Shown in pieces: positions 46,287 to 55,426 of a DNA stretch of 64,000 nucleotides. The stretch comes from an uncultured Eubacteriales bacterium (GTDB lineage Bacteria > Bacillota > Clostridia > Christensenellales > CAG-138). The position numbers and the translations under genes are program-made. Below the pieces are notes generated by a model that saw nothing but the letters and a program-made list of their open reading frames with translations, was not told the DNA's origin and ran no database searches. The number at the start of each line of letters is the position of its first letter. The stretch's first letter is position 1. The DNA lies in assembly GCA_902768795.1 (NCBI GenBank), contig CACXMS010000004.1, positions 109,479 through 173,478 on the forward strand, written 5' to 3'.

Positions 46287-47324
46287 ATGAAGCATCAACG
46301 TCTGCTCGGTTTTCTTTGGCTCTTCCTGCTGCTCGGCGCAGCGGTCTTCTGCATTCTCTGGGGACGCGTCCCGACAAAAGGCGCGCAGACATACGTCGGC
46401 GCGTCCTCGACGATGTACGTCGTGGCCATCGAAATCACGGCCGACGCGACGCCGCGCCTGACCGCGCTGCCGATCCCGACGCCCGCGCCGACGCCGGTTC
46501 CGACCGAAACGCCCGATCCCGAGCCGTTCGCGCTGCTGTGGTATTCCGATACGCAGTATTACGCCTATAAGCGCCCCGAGATCTTCCGTAAAATGACCGA
46601 ATGGTCCGTCGAGCACGCGGCGGATTACAATGCGCTCGCAGTCGTGCATACCGGCGACATCGTCGACAACCATCTGTACGAGAGGCATTGGAACAACGCA
46701 GCGAGCGCGCTGAAAACGCTGGAGGGGCATCTGCCGCTCCTGTGCGTCGCGGGGAACCACGACGTCGGCGCCGATACCGTCGATTATTCCGCGTACCGCA
46801 AGGCGGCGTTCTGCTCGGTGACCAACAAAAAACAGCTGTTCCGGGACGGCGTCTGCTGGGTGCAGCCGTTCGCAAAAAAGCGGCTGCTGCTCGTCGGCAT
46901 CGGCTGGCAGAAGGATACGGCCTACCTCGACTGGGTGAAAAAGCGGCTCGCGGAATACCCCGACTACACGGCAGTGCTGCTTGTGCACAGCTTTCTCGAA
47001 AGCAACGGCACGCTGACCGACAACGGAAAACGGATCGAGCAGTCGCTGCTGCGCGAAGCGTCCAACGTCCGGCTCGTGCTCTGCGGACACATGGACGGCT
47101 CGGTCCGCTGGCAGAACACCTATGACGACAACACGCGCACCGTCAACGCGCTGATGTACAATTTCCAGGACGATAAGAAGAACGGGCTCGGCTACCTCCG
47201 GATCCTTTCGTTCGATCCCGTGCTCCGCACGATCGAAGTCACGACCTATTCGCCGTTCCTCGACGATTACGATTATTACGCCGATCCCTCGCTCGATACG
47301 TTTTCGCTCTGCAACGCTTTCTGA
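46287..47324 (+). CDS. secreted calcineurin-like metallophosphoesterase
   Basis: Signal/anchor sequence, then DTQYY, HTGDIVDN, GNHD and CGHMDG metallophosphoesterase motifs. Confidence 0.75.
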   Translation: MKHQRLLGFLWLFLLLGAAVFCILWGRVPTKGAQTYVGASSTMYVVAIEITADATPRLTALPIPTPAPTPVPTETPDPEPFALLWYSDTQYYAYKRPEIFRKMTEWSVEHAADYNALAVVHTGDIVDNHLYERHWNNAASALKTLEGHLPLLCVAGNHDVGADTVDYSAYRKAAFCSVTNKKQLFRDGVCWVQPFAKKRLLLVGIGWQKDTAYLDWVKKRLAEYPDYTAVLLVHSFLESNGTLTDNGKRIEQSLLREASNVRLVLCGHMDGSVRWQNTYDDNTRTVNALMYNFQDDKKNGLGYLRILSFDPVLRTIEVTTYSPFLDDYDYYADPSLDTFSLCNAF

Positions 47325-47331
47325 GCCGGGA

Positions 47332-47793
47332 TCAGCGCATCCCGAAAAAATCGTTCTGCCGCAGCGCCTCGTACAGAACGATCGCCGCCGCGTTCGAAAG
47401 GTTCAGCGAGCGCTGTCCGTCGCCCATCGGGATCCGGATCGCTTCGTCGGCGTGTTCCTTCAGCAATGGCTTTGGAAGTCCCGCCGTTTCCTTGCCGAAC
47501 ACGAGAAAGTCGCCGTCCGAAAAGCGAACCTCGTCGTACCGGTTCTTTGCGTGCGTCGAGCAATAGAAAAACCGCGCGGACGGAAACTGCGCCCAAACGT
47601 CCCCGATGCTGTCGTGATAATACAGCGTGAGGTACTGCCAGTAATCGAGCCCGGCCCTTTTGAGCGCCTTGTCGTCGGTCGAAAACCCGAGCGGGCGGAC
47701 AAGGTGCAGCGCGGTGTTCGTGATTGCGCAGGTGCGTGAAATGTTGCCCGTGTTGCTCGGAATCTCCGGCTCCACCAGAACGATGTGCAGCAT
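47332..47793 (-). CDS. trmL: tRNA (cytidine/uridine-34-2'-O)-methyltransferase TrmL (SpoU/TrmH family)
   Basis: 153 aa. LHIVLVEPEIPSNTGNI.RTC and LNLSNAAAIVLYEALRQ motifs. Confidence 0.85.
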   Translation of the reverse strand: MLHIVLVEPEIPSNTGNISRTCAITNTALHLVRPLGFSTDDKALKRAGLDYWQYLTLYYHDSIGDVWAQFPSARFFYCSTHAKNRYDEVRFSDGDFLVFGKETAGLPKPLLKEHADEAIRIPMGDGQRSLNLSNAAAIVLYEALRQNDFFGMR

Positions 47794-47803
47794 GCCGTCC
47801 CCC

Positions 47804-48730
47804 TTACCGCAGAAAACCGTTTATGATCTGCTCCTCGGCTTCCGCCTCGGTCAGACCGAGCGTCATCAGCTTGATCAGCTGCTCGCCCGCGATCTTGCCG
47901 ATCGCGGCCTCATGGAACAGCTCCGCGTCCGGATCGTTCGCCTCCAGACCCGGCACCGCAAGGATGCGGCCCTGTTCCATAATGATCGAGTCGCATTCCG
48001 TATGCCCGTGGCACGGCGCGTTTCCCGCAATCTTCGCGTCGAATTTCTGACAGGACGTTCCCTTTGCGACGGAGCGGGAAACAACGTCCGCGCTCGCGTC
48101 CTTACCGTTGAGCGCCACGTCGTAGACGCTGATCGCGCGCTGCTCATCGTGCGTCATCAGCCGCTCGCGGACGGTCAGCTTCGCGCCCGCCCCAAGCTCG
48201 GCGCGCGTCGTCCGCTCGGTGTCGTCGACGCCCCTGATCTGCACCATCTCCATCTCGACGACGCTGCCTTCCTCCTGGAACACCTCGGTCACGGGATTCA
48301 GGACGCGCTTGCCGCTGCCGCTACCGGAGCCGTAGTGCTTTTCCACATATCTGACTTTCGCGTTTTTGCCGACAAAGAAGCGGTGCACGCCGTCGTGCTG
48401 CGAATCCTGATTGCCGCAGTTGTCGATGCCGCAGCCGGCGACGATCACGACGTCCGCGTCCTCGCCGATGAAGAAATCGTTGTAAACCGTCTCCTTGATC
48501 CCGCTTTTCGTCAAAACGACGGGGATATGCACGCTTTCGTTCTTCGTGCCGGGCTTGATCCGGATCTCGAGGCCGCTGACGCCGGTCTTGGAAACGATCT
48601 CGATGTTCGCGGTGGACTGCCGCCCGACGGACTCGCTGTCGGAACGGATATTGTACGCGCCTTCCGGCACCTGATGCAGGTCGGCGATCTCCAGCAGCAG
48701 CCGCTTTTGAATTTCATCCAGTTTTACCAT
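47804..48730 (-). CDS. SufB/SufD-family Fe-S cluster assembly protein
   Basis: 308 aa. C-terminal EAAIGKIAGEQLIKLMTLGLTEAEAEEQIINGFL is typical of the SufB/D beta-helix family. Overlaps the sufC-like gene by 7 nt. Confidence 0.75.
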   Translation of the reverse strand: MVKLDEIQKRLLLEIADLHQVPEGAYNIRSDSESVGRQSTANIEIVSKTGVSGLEIRIKPGTKNESVHIPVVLTKSGIKETVYNDFFIGEDADVVIVAGCGIDNCGNQDSQHDGVHRFFVGKNAKVRYVEKHYGSGSGSGKRVLNPVTEVFQEEGSVVEMEMVQIRGVDDTERTTRAELGAGAKLTVRERLMTHDEQRAISVYDVALNGKDASADVVSRSVAKGTSCQKFDAKIAGNAPCHGHTECDSIIMEQGRILAVPGLEANDPDAELFHEAAIGKIAGEQLIKLMTLGLTEAEAEEQIINGFLR

Positions 48731-49479
48731 TCCGAAGACGCTCCTTTCCCCGCGCCCGTTCCGCGGCACATCTGCACCGCCGAAGCGGTTCCGATCAGTT
48801 CGGGCATCACCTCCGAACGGATCCCCTGCCGCTGCAGCGCGCCGTCCTTTAAGACGATGATTTCGTCGGCAATGTTCAGGATCCGCTCCTGGTGCGAAAT
48901 GATCAGGATCGACCGGTCTTTGACCCGTTCCCGCATGCTTTCGAACACCTCAATGAGGTTCTGAAAACTCCAGAGGTCGATGCCGGCTTCCGGCTCGTCG
49001 AAAACGGTCAGCTTCGCGTTCCGCGCCAGCACGGTGGCGATCTCGATGCGCTTGAGCTCGCCGCCCGAAAGGCTTGCGTTGACTTCGCGGTCAATGTAAT
49101 CGCGCGCGCAAAGCCCGACCGCGGAGAGATACTCGCAGGCATCGGAAACGGCGATGCGCCGCCCGACCGCGATGCGGAGCAGGTCGATCACGCGAATGCC
49201 CTTGAAGCGCACGGGCTGCTGAAACGCGAACGCGATCCCGCGGCGCGCGCGGTCGGTTATGCCGAGGTCGGTGATGTCCTCGCCGTCAAAAACGATGCGG
49301 CCCGAGGTCGGCTTTTCAACGCCCGCAATCAGTTTGGCCAGCGTCGATTTGCCGCCGCCGTTCGGCCCCGTGATGACGACGAGCCGATGATCGGGGACCG
49401 TTAAAGAGATGTCGCGGATGATTTCTTTGTCCGCGCCGTCGTCCGAAACGCCGAACGACAGTTCTTTGAGTTCCAGCAT
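48724..49479 (-). CDS. sufC: SufC-like Fe-S cluster assembly ABC ATPase
   Basis: Walker A GPNGGGKST, signature LSGGELKR, Walker B LTVFDEPEAGID, H-loop ISHQ. Confidence 0.8.
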   Translation of the reverse strand: MLELKELSFGVSDDGADKEIIRDISLTVPDHRLVVITGPNGGGKSTLAKLIAGVEKPTSGRIVFDGEDITDLGITDRARRGIAFAFQQPVRFKGIRVIDLLRIAVGRRIAVSDACEYLSAVGLCARDYIDREVNASLSGGELKRIEIATVLARNAKLTVFDEPEAGIDLWSFQNLIEVFESMRERVKDRSILIISHQERILNIADEIIVLKDGALQRQGIRSEVMPELIGTASAVQMCRGTGAGKGASSEW

Positions 49480-49615
49480 AAAAACCTCCGGGAAAAAAGC
49501 CCATATTCGGAATTAATTATAGCATGTTCCGGAAAAGAAGTCTGCCCCCTTTTCAAATTTTACAGACCGCCCGGCGCCCGTTCAAAAGACTTTGCGGCAT
49601 TTTTCCAAAAACCAC

Positions 49616-49644
49616 TTGACAGGCAAGCGCTTTTTGAGTATTAT
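49616..49644 (+). promoter_or_regulatory. sigma-70-like promoter of tRNA-Glu (TTGACA-17-TATTAT)
   Basis: Near-consensus hexamers 10 nt upstream of the tRNA 5' end. Confidence 0.6.
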
Positions 49645-49654
49645 AATTGCACTT

Positions 49655-49730
49655 GCTCGATTCGTCTAGTGGCCTAGGACACCGCCCTCTCACGGCGGTA
49701 ACAGGGGTTCGACTCCCCTATCGGGTACCA
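49655..49730 (+). tRNA. tRNA-Glu (anticodon CUC), CCA encoded
   Basis: Folded by hand into a cloverleaf: acceptor GCTCGAT/ATCGGGT (two G-U pairs), anticodon arm CCGCC-CTCTCAC-GGCGG, T arm AGGGG-TTCGACT-CCCCT. The internal sequence resembles canonical bacterial tRNA-Glu. Confidence 0.8.
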
Positions 49731-49958
49731 AGCCCCGCCGACCGGCGGGGCTTTTTATATCGAAGGGGGAGTCGAACCCGCGAGGGCGCGGCGGGAAAAG
49801 AAAAGCCCGCGGTGCGGGGTTTTCCCCGACGCGTTCGGGGCAGGGGCCCCGAGGCAGGTTTGCGAAGCAAAGCTGCCTCGACTCCCCTATCGGGTACCAA
49901 GCCCCGCCGACCGGCGGGGCTTTTTATATCGAAGGGGGAGTCGAACCCGCGAGGGCGC
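49711..49958 (+). repeat. 79-bp perfect direct repeat (49711-49789 and 49880-49958): last 20 nt of tRNA-Glu plus terminator plus 33 nt
   Basis: Identical strings GACTCCCCTATCGGGTACCAAGCCCCGCCGACCGGCGGGGCTTTTTATATCGAAGGGGGAGTCGAACCCGCGAGGGCGC at both positions. Confidence 0.9.
49731..49756 (+). terminator. Rho-independent terminator after tRNA-Glu
   Basis: AGCCCCGCCG-ACC-GGCGGGGCTTTTT. Confidence 0.8.
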
Positions 49959-50022
49959 AGAAGCGCCGCTGTTTTCGAACAGCGGCGCCTTTTGTTTCAG
50001 CAGATTTCGGCCGCGGGCGCGG

Positions 50023-51657
50023 TTATTCGGCTTTGCCGTGCAGCAGCCCGTGCGCGACGTTCAGCGCCTGGTCGGAACAGCGTTCGAGATCGGTACACAT
50101 GTCCGTGAAAATGACGCCCGCGAGCGGATCGCACCCGCTCTGCATCAGGCGGCTGATGTGGTTCTGAATGAACTGATCCTGCATATCGTCAACGTTCTGT
50201 TCGAGATCCTCCGCCTCCTTAAGCCGCTTGAACGATTCGGTTTCGAAGATTTCCATCGATACGTCGAGGCACTTCAGAACGCCGACCGAAAGCTGTCGCA
50301 GCTCCTCGAGCCCGGCTTCGGAAATTTTGACCTTTGCGTTTTGCAGGCGCTTTGCAAACTCGATCATGTTTTCGGCATGGTCGCTGATGCGCTCATAGTT
50401 CGAGGTCACGCGCACAAGCCGCGACAGCAGGAATACGTCGCGCTCGGGAAGCTGCAGACTTCTGAGCGTCACGAGCTTGTCGCTGATCGCATGATCGAGC
50501 CAGTCCACGACCTCTTCGGTCTCCTCCACGCGGATATACAGCTCCTCCCGCTCCGGGTAGAAGAAGTATTCGATCGCGCGCGTCAGGTTGTCCCGCGCGA
50601 TCGCGCCCATACGGACGACTTCGAGCTTCGCCTGGTGAACCGCCACCGCGGGAACCATGTTTTCGGTTCCGGCAAGATAGATCAGACGCTTGTCCTCCTT
50701 CTTTCGCTGCTCCTCCGGCAGAAGCGGCAGCGTCAGATACGTGAGCTTGATGATCAGCTTCGAGCAGGGCAGCATCACGGCAACCGCGACGACGGCAAAG
50801 ATCGTATGCGTATTGGCGACCTGGCGGGCGACGTCGTCCGGCGAGAGCCTCTTGATCCACTCGAGCACGATCGGGAAGACCGTGATTACGATCAGAAGCA
50901 GCGCGGCGCGCAGCACGTTGAAATACAGGTTTAAAAGCGCGGTGCGCTTGCCGTTGCGATCGGTCGTCAGCGACGCGAGCAGGTTCGGCGTGACGGCGCC
51001 GATCGCGGCGCCGATCACCAGATAGACGCACTGTTCATAGGTCAGAAGGCCTTCGACCGCAAACGCCTGAAAGATGACGACCGAGGACGACGAGCTCTGC
51101 AGCAGCGCCGTGAACAGAATGCCGAACAGGATCGCAAGCGCGGGGTTCGACAGCGCCGAAAGCACGCGGATGAACCCTTCGCTCTGGGAAAGCGGCGCGA
51201 TCGCCGTCTTGATCAGCCCGATGCCGACGAACAGCATGCCGAAGCCGAGCAGGATCCCGCCGATATGGCGCGGCAGCGGCTTTTTCAAAAACAGATACAT
51301 GATCGCGCCGGTGAAAATCAGAAACGGCGCGAACGCGGTCAGATTAAACGCCGTAATCTGCGCGGTCACGGTCGTCCCGATGTTCGCGCCCATGATGACG
51401 CCGATCGCCTGCATCAGATTCAGCAGACCGGAATTGACGAATCCGATCACCATCATGTCCGTCGCGGAGGAGCTTTGCACAAGCATCGTCACGACGATGC
51501 CGATCAGCACCGCGAGGACGCGGTTGGTCGTTACTTTTTCGAGGATCGTATGCAGGGAATCGCCGGCCGCGTTTTTCAGTCCGGTCGACATGACCGTCAT
51601 GCCGTACAAAAACAGCCCGACGCCTCCGAGCAGGGAAATGATCTCCCAGATAGTCAT
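50023..51657 (-). CDS. Na+/phosphate cotransporter family protein with C-terminal PhoU-like domains
   Basis: 544 aa. N-terminal repeated QSSSAT/QSSSSS NaPi-II motifs and a C-terminal PhoU-like helical region (ERISDHAENM, ERCSDQALNVA). Confidence 0.85.
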   Translation of the reverse strand: MTIWEIISLLGGVGLFLYGMTVMSTGLKNAAGDSLHTILEKVTTNRVLAVLIGIVVTMLVQSSSATDMMVIGFVNSGLLNLMQAIGVIMGANIGTTVTAQITAFNLTAFAPFLIFTGAIMYLFLKKPLPRHIGGILLGFGMLFVGIGLIKTAIAPLSQSEGFIRVLSALSNPALAILFGILFTALLQSSSSSVVIFQAFAVEGLLTYEQCVYLVIGAAIGAVTPNLLASLTTDRNGKRTALLNLYFNVLRAALLLIVITVFPIVLEWIKRLSPDDVARQVANTHTIFAVVAVAVMLPCSKLIIKLTYLTLPLLPEEQRKKEDKRLIYLAGTENMVPAVAVHQAKLEVVRMGAIARDNLTRAIEYFFYPEREELYIRVEETEEVVDWLDHAISDKLVTLRSLQLPERDVFLLSRLVRVTSNYERISDHAENMIEFAKRLQNAKVKISEAGLEELRQLSVGVLKCLDVSMEIFETESFKRLKEAEDLEQNVDDMQDQFIQNHISRLMQSGCDPLAGVIFTDMCTDLERCSDQALNVAHGLLHGKAE

Positions 51658-51893
51658 AGCGGAATCTCCTGTTGCGCTGAACGCATTCTCACCTATTTTA
51701 GAAATCCTGATACCATTATAACCGCTGTGCCGGCGTTTTGCAACCGGTAACCGGACGTTTCCTTTTCATTCTATGCAAAGGGGTTGTCTCAAAACGCTTT
51801 GACGCACGAAAAGGGGCTGCCGATAAAGGAGTACACACCGGGGCGGGGCGTTCGGAATATTATAAATCATCCAACCAAACAACGGAGGAACTC

Positions 51894-52640
51894 ATGAACG
51901 CTCCATTTCTGACTGTTTCGGACGTGTCTTTTTCGTACTTTACGGAGACGGAACAGACGCAGGCCGTTTCCGATCTGAATCTGACCGTCATGCCCGGCGA
52001 ATTTGCCGCGATCGTCGGGCCTTCCGGCTGCGGCAAGACAAGCGTGCTTTCGCTCGTGATGGGGCTGCTCGCGCCGCAGTCCGGCACGATCGCGTTCGAC
52101 CGGCCGGACGTTCGCATCGGGTATATGCTGCAGCGCGATCATCTGCTCGAATGGCGCACGGTGGAAAAAAACGTGCTGCTCGGGCTTGAGGTGCAGCACC
52201 GCCTGAACGATGCGACGCGCGAAAACGCGCGCGCGCTGCTGAACGCTTACGGGCTCGGCGGGTTTTTGCACTACAAGCCCGGGCAGCTTTCGGGCGGGAT
52301 GCGGCAGAAGGTCGCCCTGATCCGCACGCTCGCGCTCGAACCGGAGCTGCTGCTGCTCGACGAGCCGTTTTCCGCGCTCGATTACCAGACGCGGCTGCAG
52401 CTTTCCGACGAGGTTTACCGCATCATCCGCGCGCAGCGCAAAACGGCGATCCTCGTCACGCACGACATCTCGGAGGCCGTTTCGATGGCCGACCGCGTGT
52501 TCGTGTTCTCCAAACGCCCGTCCCGCGTGAAAACCGTGATCGAAACGGGCTTCGATCCGGCGCTGTCGCCGCTCGAGCGGCGCCGTCTGCCGGCGTTTTT
52601 ACCGCTTTACGACCGCGTATGGAAGGAGATCGACCGATGA
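51894..52640 (+). CDS. ABC transporter ATP-binding protein (NitT/TauT-like)
   Basis: Walker A GPSGCGKTS, signature LSGGMRQK, Walker B LLLLDEPFSALD. RBS GGAGG. Confidence 0.85.
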   Translation: MNAPFLTVSDVSFSYFTETEQTQAVSDLNLTVMPGEFAAIVGPSGCGKTSVLSLVMGLLAPQSGTIAFDRPDVRIGYMLQRDHLLEWRTVEKNVLLGLEVQHRLNDATRENARALLNAYGLGGFLHYKPGQLSGGMRQKVALIRTLALEPELLLLDEPFSALDYQTRLQLSDEVYRIIRAQRKTAILVTHDISEAVSMADRVFVFSKRPSRVKTVIETGFDPALSPLERRRLPAFLPLYDRVWKEIDR

Positions 52641-53419
52641 ACGACGCTTATCGACAGTATCTGAAACGGCAAAAGCGCGCGCACCGACGCGTGCGCGCCG
52701 CGCAGGTCGGCGTGCTTGTCGGCTTTTTCGGGCTTTGGGAACTGGGCGCCGCGCTCGGCTGGTTTGATCCGTTCATTCTCTCCAGCCCGTCCCGCGTGTG
52801 GGCGACGGTCGTCCGCCTTTGCGCCTCGCACGACCTGTGGCTGCACGTCGGCACAACGCTGCTCGAAACCGTGCTCGGCTTCGTTTTCGGCACACTGCTC
52901 GGAACGCTGCTCGCGGTGCTGCTGTGGTGGCTGCCGGCGCTGAATCGCGTGCTTGATCCGTATCTCGTTGTGCTGAACGCGCTGCCCAAAATCGCGCTCG
53001 GACCGGTGCTGATCGTCTGGATCGGCGCGGGTATGGCCTCCATCGTCGTGATGGGCATCCTCGTTTCGCTCGTCGTGACGACGGTCACGGTGCTGAACGG
53101 ATTTTTGACGACGACCGACGACAAGCAGCTCCTGATGAAGACGCTCGGCGCGTCGAAGCTGCAGATTTTCACAAAGATCGTGCTGCCTGCCGGGCTCAAG
53201 GACCTGATCGCCGCGCTGAAGATTTCGGTCGGTATGTCGTGGGTCGGCGTGATCGTCGGGGAATACCTCGTCAGCAAAGCCGGGCTCGGATATCTGATCG
53301 TGTACGGCGGGCAGGTTTTCAAGCTCGACCTCGTGATGGCGAGCGTCGTGATCCTGTGCGTACTGGCCGCGCTGATGTACGAAGCGGTCGCGCTGCTCGA
53401 AAAGCGGCTTACCCGCTGA
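52637..53419 (+). CDS. ABC transporter permease (NitT/TauT-like)
   Basis: Six TM segments, ATGA overlap with the ATPase gene. Confidence 0.75.
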   Translation: MNDAYRQYLKRQKRAHRRVRAAQVGVLVGFFGLWELGAALGWFDPFILSSPSRVWATVVRLCASHDLWLHVGTTLLETVLGFVFGTLLGTLLAVLLWWLPALNRVLDPYLVVLNALPKIALGPVLIVWIGAGMASIVVMGILVSLVVTTVTVLNGFLTTTDDKQLLMKTLGASKLQIFTKIVLPAGLKDLIAALKISVGMSWVGVIVGEYLVSKAGLGYLIVYGGQVFKLDLVMASVVILCVLAALMYEAVALLEKRLTR

Positions 53420-53463
53420 AAACCGGGCTTGGAAAACGCGGCCGGATGTGGTATACTGCCGAC

Positions 53464-54477
53464 ATGGACTGGCAAACCGACCTGATACAATGGTATACCG
53501 CATCCCGCCGCGACCTGCCCTGGCGCAAAACGCGCGATCCGTACCGCATCTGGCTCAGCGAAATCATGCTGCAGCAGACGCGCGTCGCCGCCGTGATCCC
53601 GTATTACGAGCGGTTTTTGGAGGCGCTCCCGACGGTAAGCGATCTCGCCGCCGCGGAGGACGACCGGCTGCTGAAGCTCTGGCAGGGGCTCGGCTATTAT
53701 TCGCGCGCAAAAAACCTCAAGCGCGCGGCAATCCGGATCGAATCGGATTTTGACGGCAAGCTTCCGGACACGTACCGCGCGCTTCTGACGCTGCCCGGCA
53801 TCGGCAGCTATACGGCGGGCGCGATCGCTTCGATCGCGTTCGGCGAGCGCGTGCCCGCAGTGGACGGAAACGTGCTGCGCGTGCTGGCGCGGCTGTTCGA
53901 CGACAGCCGCGACGTTGCCGATCCGCATACCAAAGACGCGGTCTTCGGGGAGCTTTCGACAAAGCTTCCCGACGACGCCGGCACGTTCAACCAGGCGATG
54001 ATGGAGCTCGGCGCGTGCGTCTGCCTGCCCAACGGCGCGCCGCTTTGCGAAACCTGCCCGCTTCGCGCGCACTGCAGGGCGCTGGAAAACGGAACGGTCG
54101 CGCTTCGTCCGGTCAAGTCCAAAAAACAGCCGCGCGCCGTGCAGCCGATGACCGTGTTCGTTCTGCAAAGGGGCGAATCGTTTCTGATCCGCAAGCGGCC
54201 CGAAAAGGGGCTTCTCGGCGGGCTGTACGAGCTGCCCTGCCGCGACGGAACGCTCTCCCCCGCGGATGCGGCGCAGGCGATCGGCGCAATGGGGCTGCGA
54301 CCGGTCGGCGCGATCTCGCAGTATGAGCGCAGACATATCTTCACGCACCGCGAATGGCACATGCGCGTCTTTGTCGCCGCCGTCGCCGCGGACACGCCGC
54401 CGGACGGCTGGCTCTGGTACGACGGGACGCAGTCGCTGCCGACCGCGTTTTCGGTCTGCCTGCCGGAAAAAACTTGA
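53464..54477 (+). CDS. mutY: A/G-specific adenine DNA glycosylase
   Basis: DLPWRKTRDPYRIWLSEIMLQQTRV, HhH-GPD LPGIGSYTAGAIASIAFG, 4Fe-4S cluster loop CVCLPNGAPLCETCPLRAHC, C-terminal NUDIX-like domain. Confidence 0.9.
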   Translation: MDWQTDLIQWYTASRRDLPWRKTRDPYRIWLSEIMLQQTRVAAVIPYYERFLEALPTVSDLAAAEDDRLLKLWQGLGYYSRAKNLKRAAIRIESDFDGKLPDTYRALLTLPGIGSYTAGAIASIAFGERVPAVDGNVLRVLARLFDDSRDVADPHTKDAVFGELSTKLPDDAGTFNQAMMELGACVCLPNGAPLCETCPLRAHCRALENGTVALRPVKSKKQPRAVQPMTVFVLQRGESFLIRKRPEKGLLGGLYELPCRDGTLSPADAAQAIGAMGLRPVGAISQYERRHIFTHREWHMRVFVAAVAADTPPDGWLWYDGTQSLPTAFSVCLPEKT

Positions 54478-54502
54478 CTTTTTTCGCGCGCCGTTCTATA
54501 CT
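54474..54502 (+). promoter_or_regulatory. sigma-70-like promoter of the thiT leader (TTGACT-17-TATACT)
   Basis: Hexamers with a 17-nt spacer overlapping the mutY stop codon. Confidence 0.5.
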
Positions 54503-54509
54503 GGTATCC

Positions 54510-54582
54510 GACGCAGGGGCGCGGCAAAGCCGCTGAGAAGTACCCTTGGAACCTGTTGGGTCATGCCATCGTAGGAAGCGTA
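54510..54582 (+). promoter_or_regulatory. TPP (THI-box) riboswitch aptamer
   Basis: Contains GGGGCGCGG...CUGAGA(AG)UACCCUUGGAACCUG(U)UGGGUCAUGCCA(U)CGUAGGAAGCG, which matches the conserved THI-box core. A GC-rich hairpin with a T-rich tract (about 54601-54632) follows, and thiT lies downstream. Confidence 0.8.
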
Positions 54583-54645
54583 GCAAATCTGCTTTTTGAT
54601 GCCGTCCCAGCGGGGCGGCAATTTCATTTCAAAAGGAGTTATACT

Positions 54646-55194
54646 ATGAAAAAAGGCATTCGTATGCTGGCGGAGGGCGGTCTGACCATCGCGCTTTCGC
54701 TTGCGCTGAGCTATCTGAAGATTCCGGTCGTCGGTCTCGGCGGATCCATCGACTTTGTGATGGTCCCGCTGATCATCTATGCCTACCGCTGGAGCGTATG
54801 GCCGGGACTGCTTGTGGGCTGCGCCTTCGGCACGCTCAAATTCTTCCTTGCCGGCGGCACGGCGGTCAACTGGCAGAGCATGCTGCTCGACTACTCGGTC
54901 GCGTACGCTTTCGTCGGCTTTGCGGGTCTGGTCCGCAGAAAGGACGGCCTGCTGCCCGTAGCGGCGCTGCTGGGCGGGATCGGACGGTTTTTGATCCATT
55001 TTGTAAGCGGTATAACGATCTATGCCGAATACGCGGAGCCGACGGCGGATTTCTTCGGCATGTCCATCGCAACGCCGAACGCGATTCTGTTCTCCGTCGT
55101 CTACAACGCAATGTATATGCTGCCGAATACGATCATCGCCATCGTCGTCTGCGCGCTGCTGATCCGGCCGGTCAAGCTGCTCGACCGGTTCTGA
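54646..55194 (+). CDS. thiT: ECF-transporter S component for thiamine
   Basis: 182 aa, six TM segments. LSYLKIP...GGSI, TPP riboswitch upstream, RBS AAAGGAG. Confidence 0.8.
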   Translation: MKKGIRMLAEGGLTIALSLALSYLKIPVVGLGGSIDFVMVPLIIYAYRWSVWPGLLVGCAFGTLKFFLAGGTAVNWQSMLLDYSVAYAFVGFAGLVRRKDGLLPVAALLGGIGRFLIHFVSGITIYAEYAEPTADFFGMSIATPNAILFSVVYNAMYMLPNTIIAIVVCALLIRPVKLLDRF

Positions 55195-55209
55195 AAACCA
55201 AACGACTCC

Positions 55210-55335
55210 GCGTGTCAAAAACCCTTTTGACACGCTGCACAGGCTGGCAAGAATGGACTCGAAAGCCGGTTTCTTCGCTCAAAGACGATACGGATGCTAT
55301 GTCGAGAGCGAAAAACCGGCTGGTTTTGCGGAAAA
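55210..55335. repeat. palindromic element copy 4 plus ~100-bp extension homologous to 21061-21190
   Basis: GCGTGTCAAAAACCCTTTTGACACGCTGCACAGGCTG..., then stem GCCGGTTTCTTCGCTC/GAGCGAAAAACCGGC around GATGCTATGTCGAG. Confidence 0.65.
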
Positions 55336-55340
55336 AATCA

Positions 55341-55426
55341 AAGAAAAGACGGTTTTCTCCGTCTTTTCCACCTGCAAGTATTCTTGTCACAAACAGATGC
55401 CGCAAAATGGTCCGGGCCCTTTATTA
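55341..55426. repeat. convergent-gene spacer element, copy C
   Basis: AAGAAAAGACGGTTTTCTCCGTCTTTTCCACCTGCAAGTATTCTTGTCACAAACAGATGCCGCAAAATG... Confidence 0.65.

Noticed and set aside
49763-49790. Possible minus-strand tRNA fragment (GGGTTCGACTCCCC read on the reverse strand)
   Set aside because: Only a T-arm-like string is present and it does not extend into a cloverleaf. It is better explained as the inverted arm of the palindrome around the tRNA-Glu terminator.
51894-53419. ABC ATPase plus permease without a substrate-binding protein, considered as an anomalous transporter
   Set aside because: NitT/TauT-type systems frequently encode the binding protein elsewhere. Nothing in the sequence suggests a novel function.
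52648-54360. 570-aa minus-strand ORF, and the 480-aa ORF at 8015-9457
   Set aside because: These are antisense to the ABC permease/mutY and to the zinc-ribbon/TPM genes respectively, which have clear motifs. Both are shadow ORFs.
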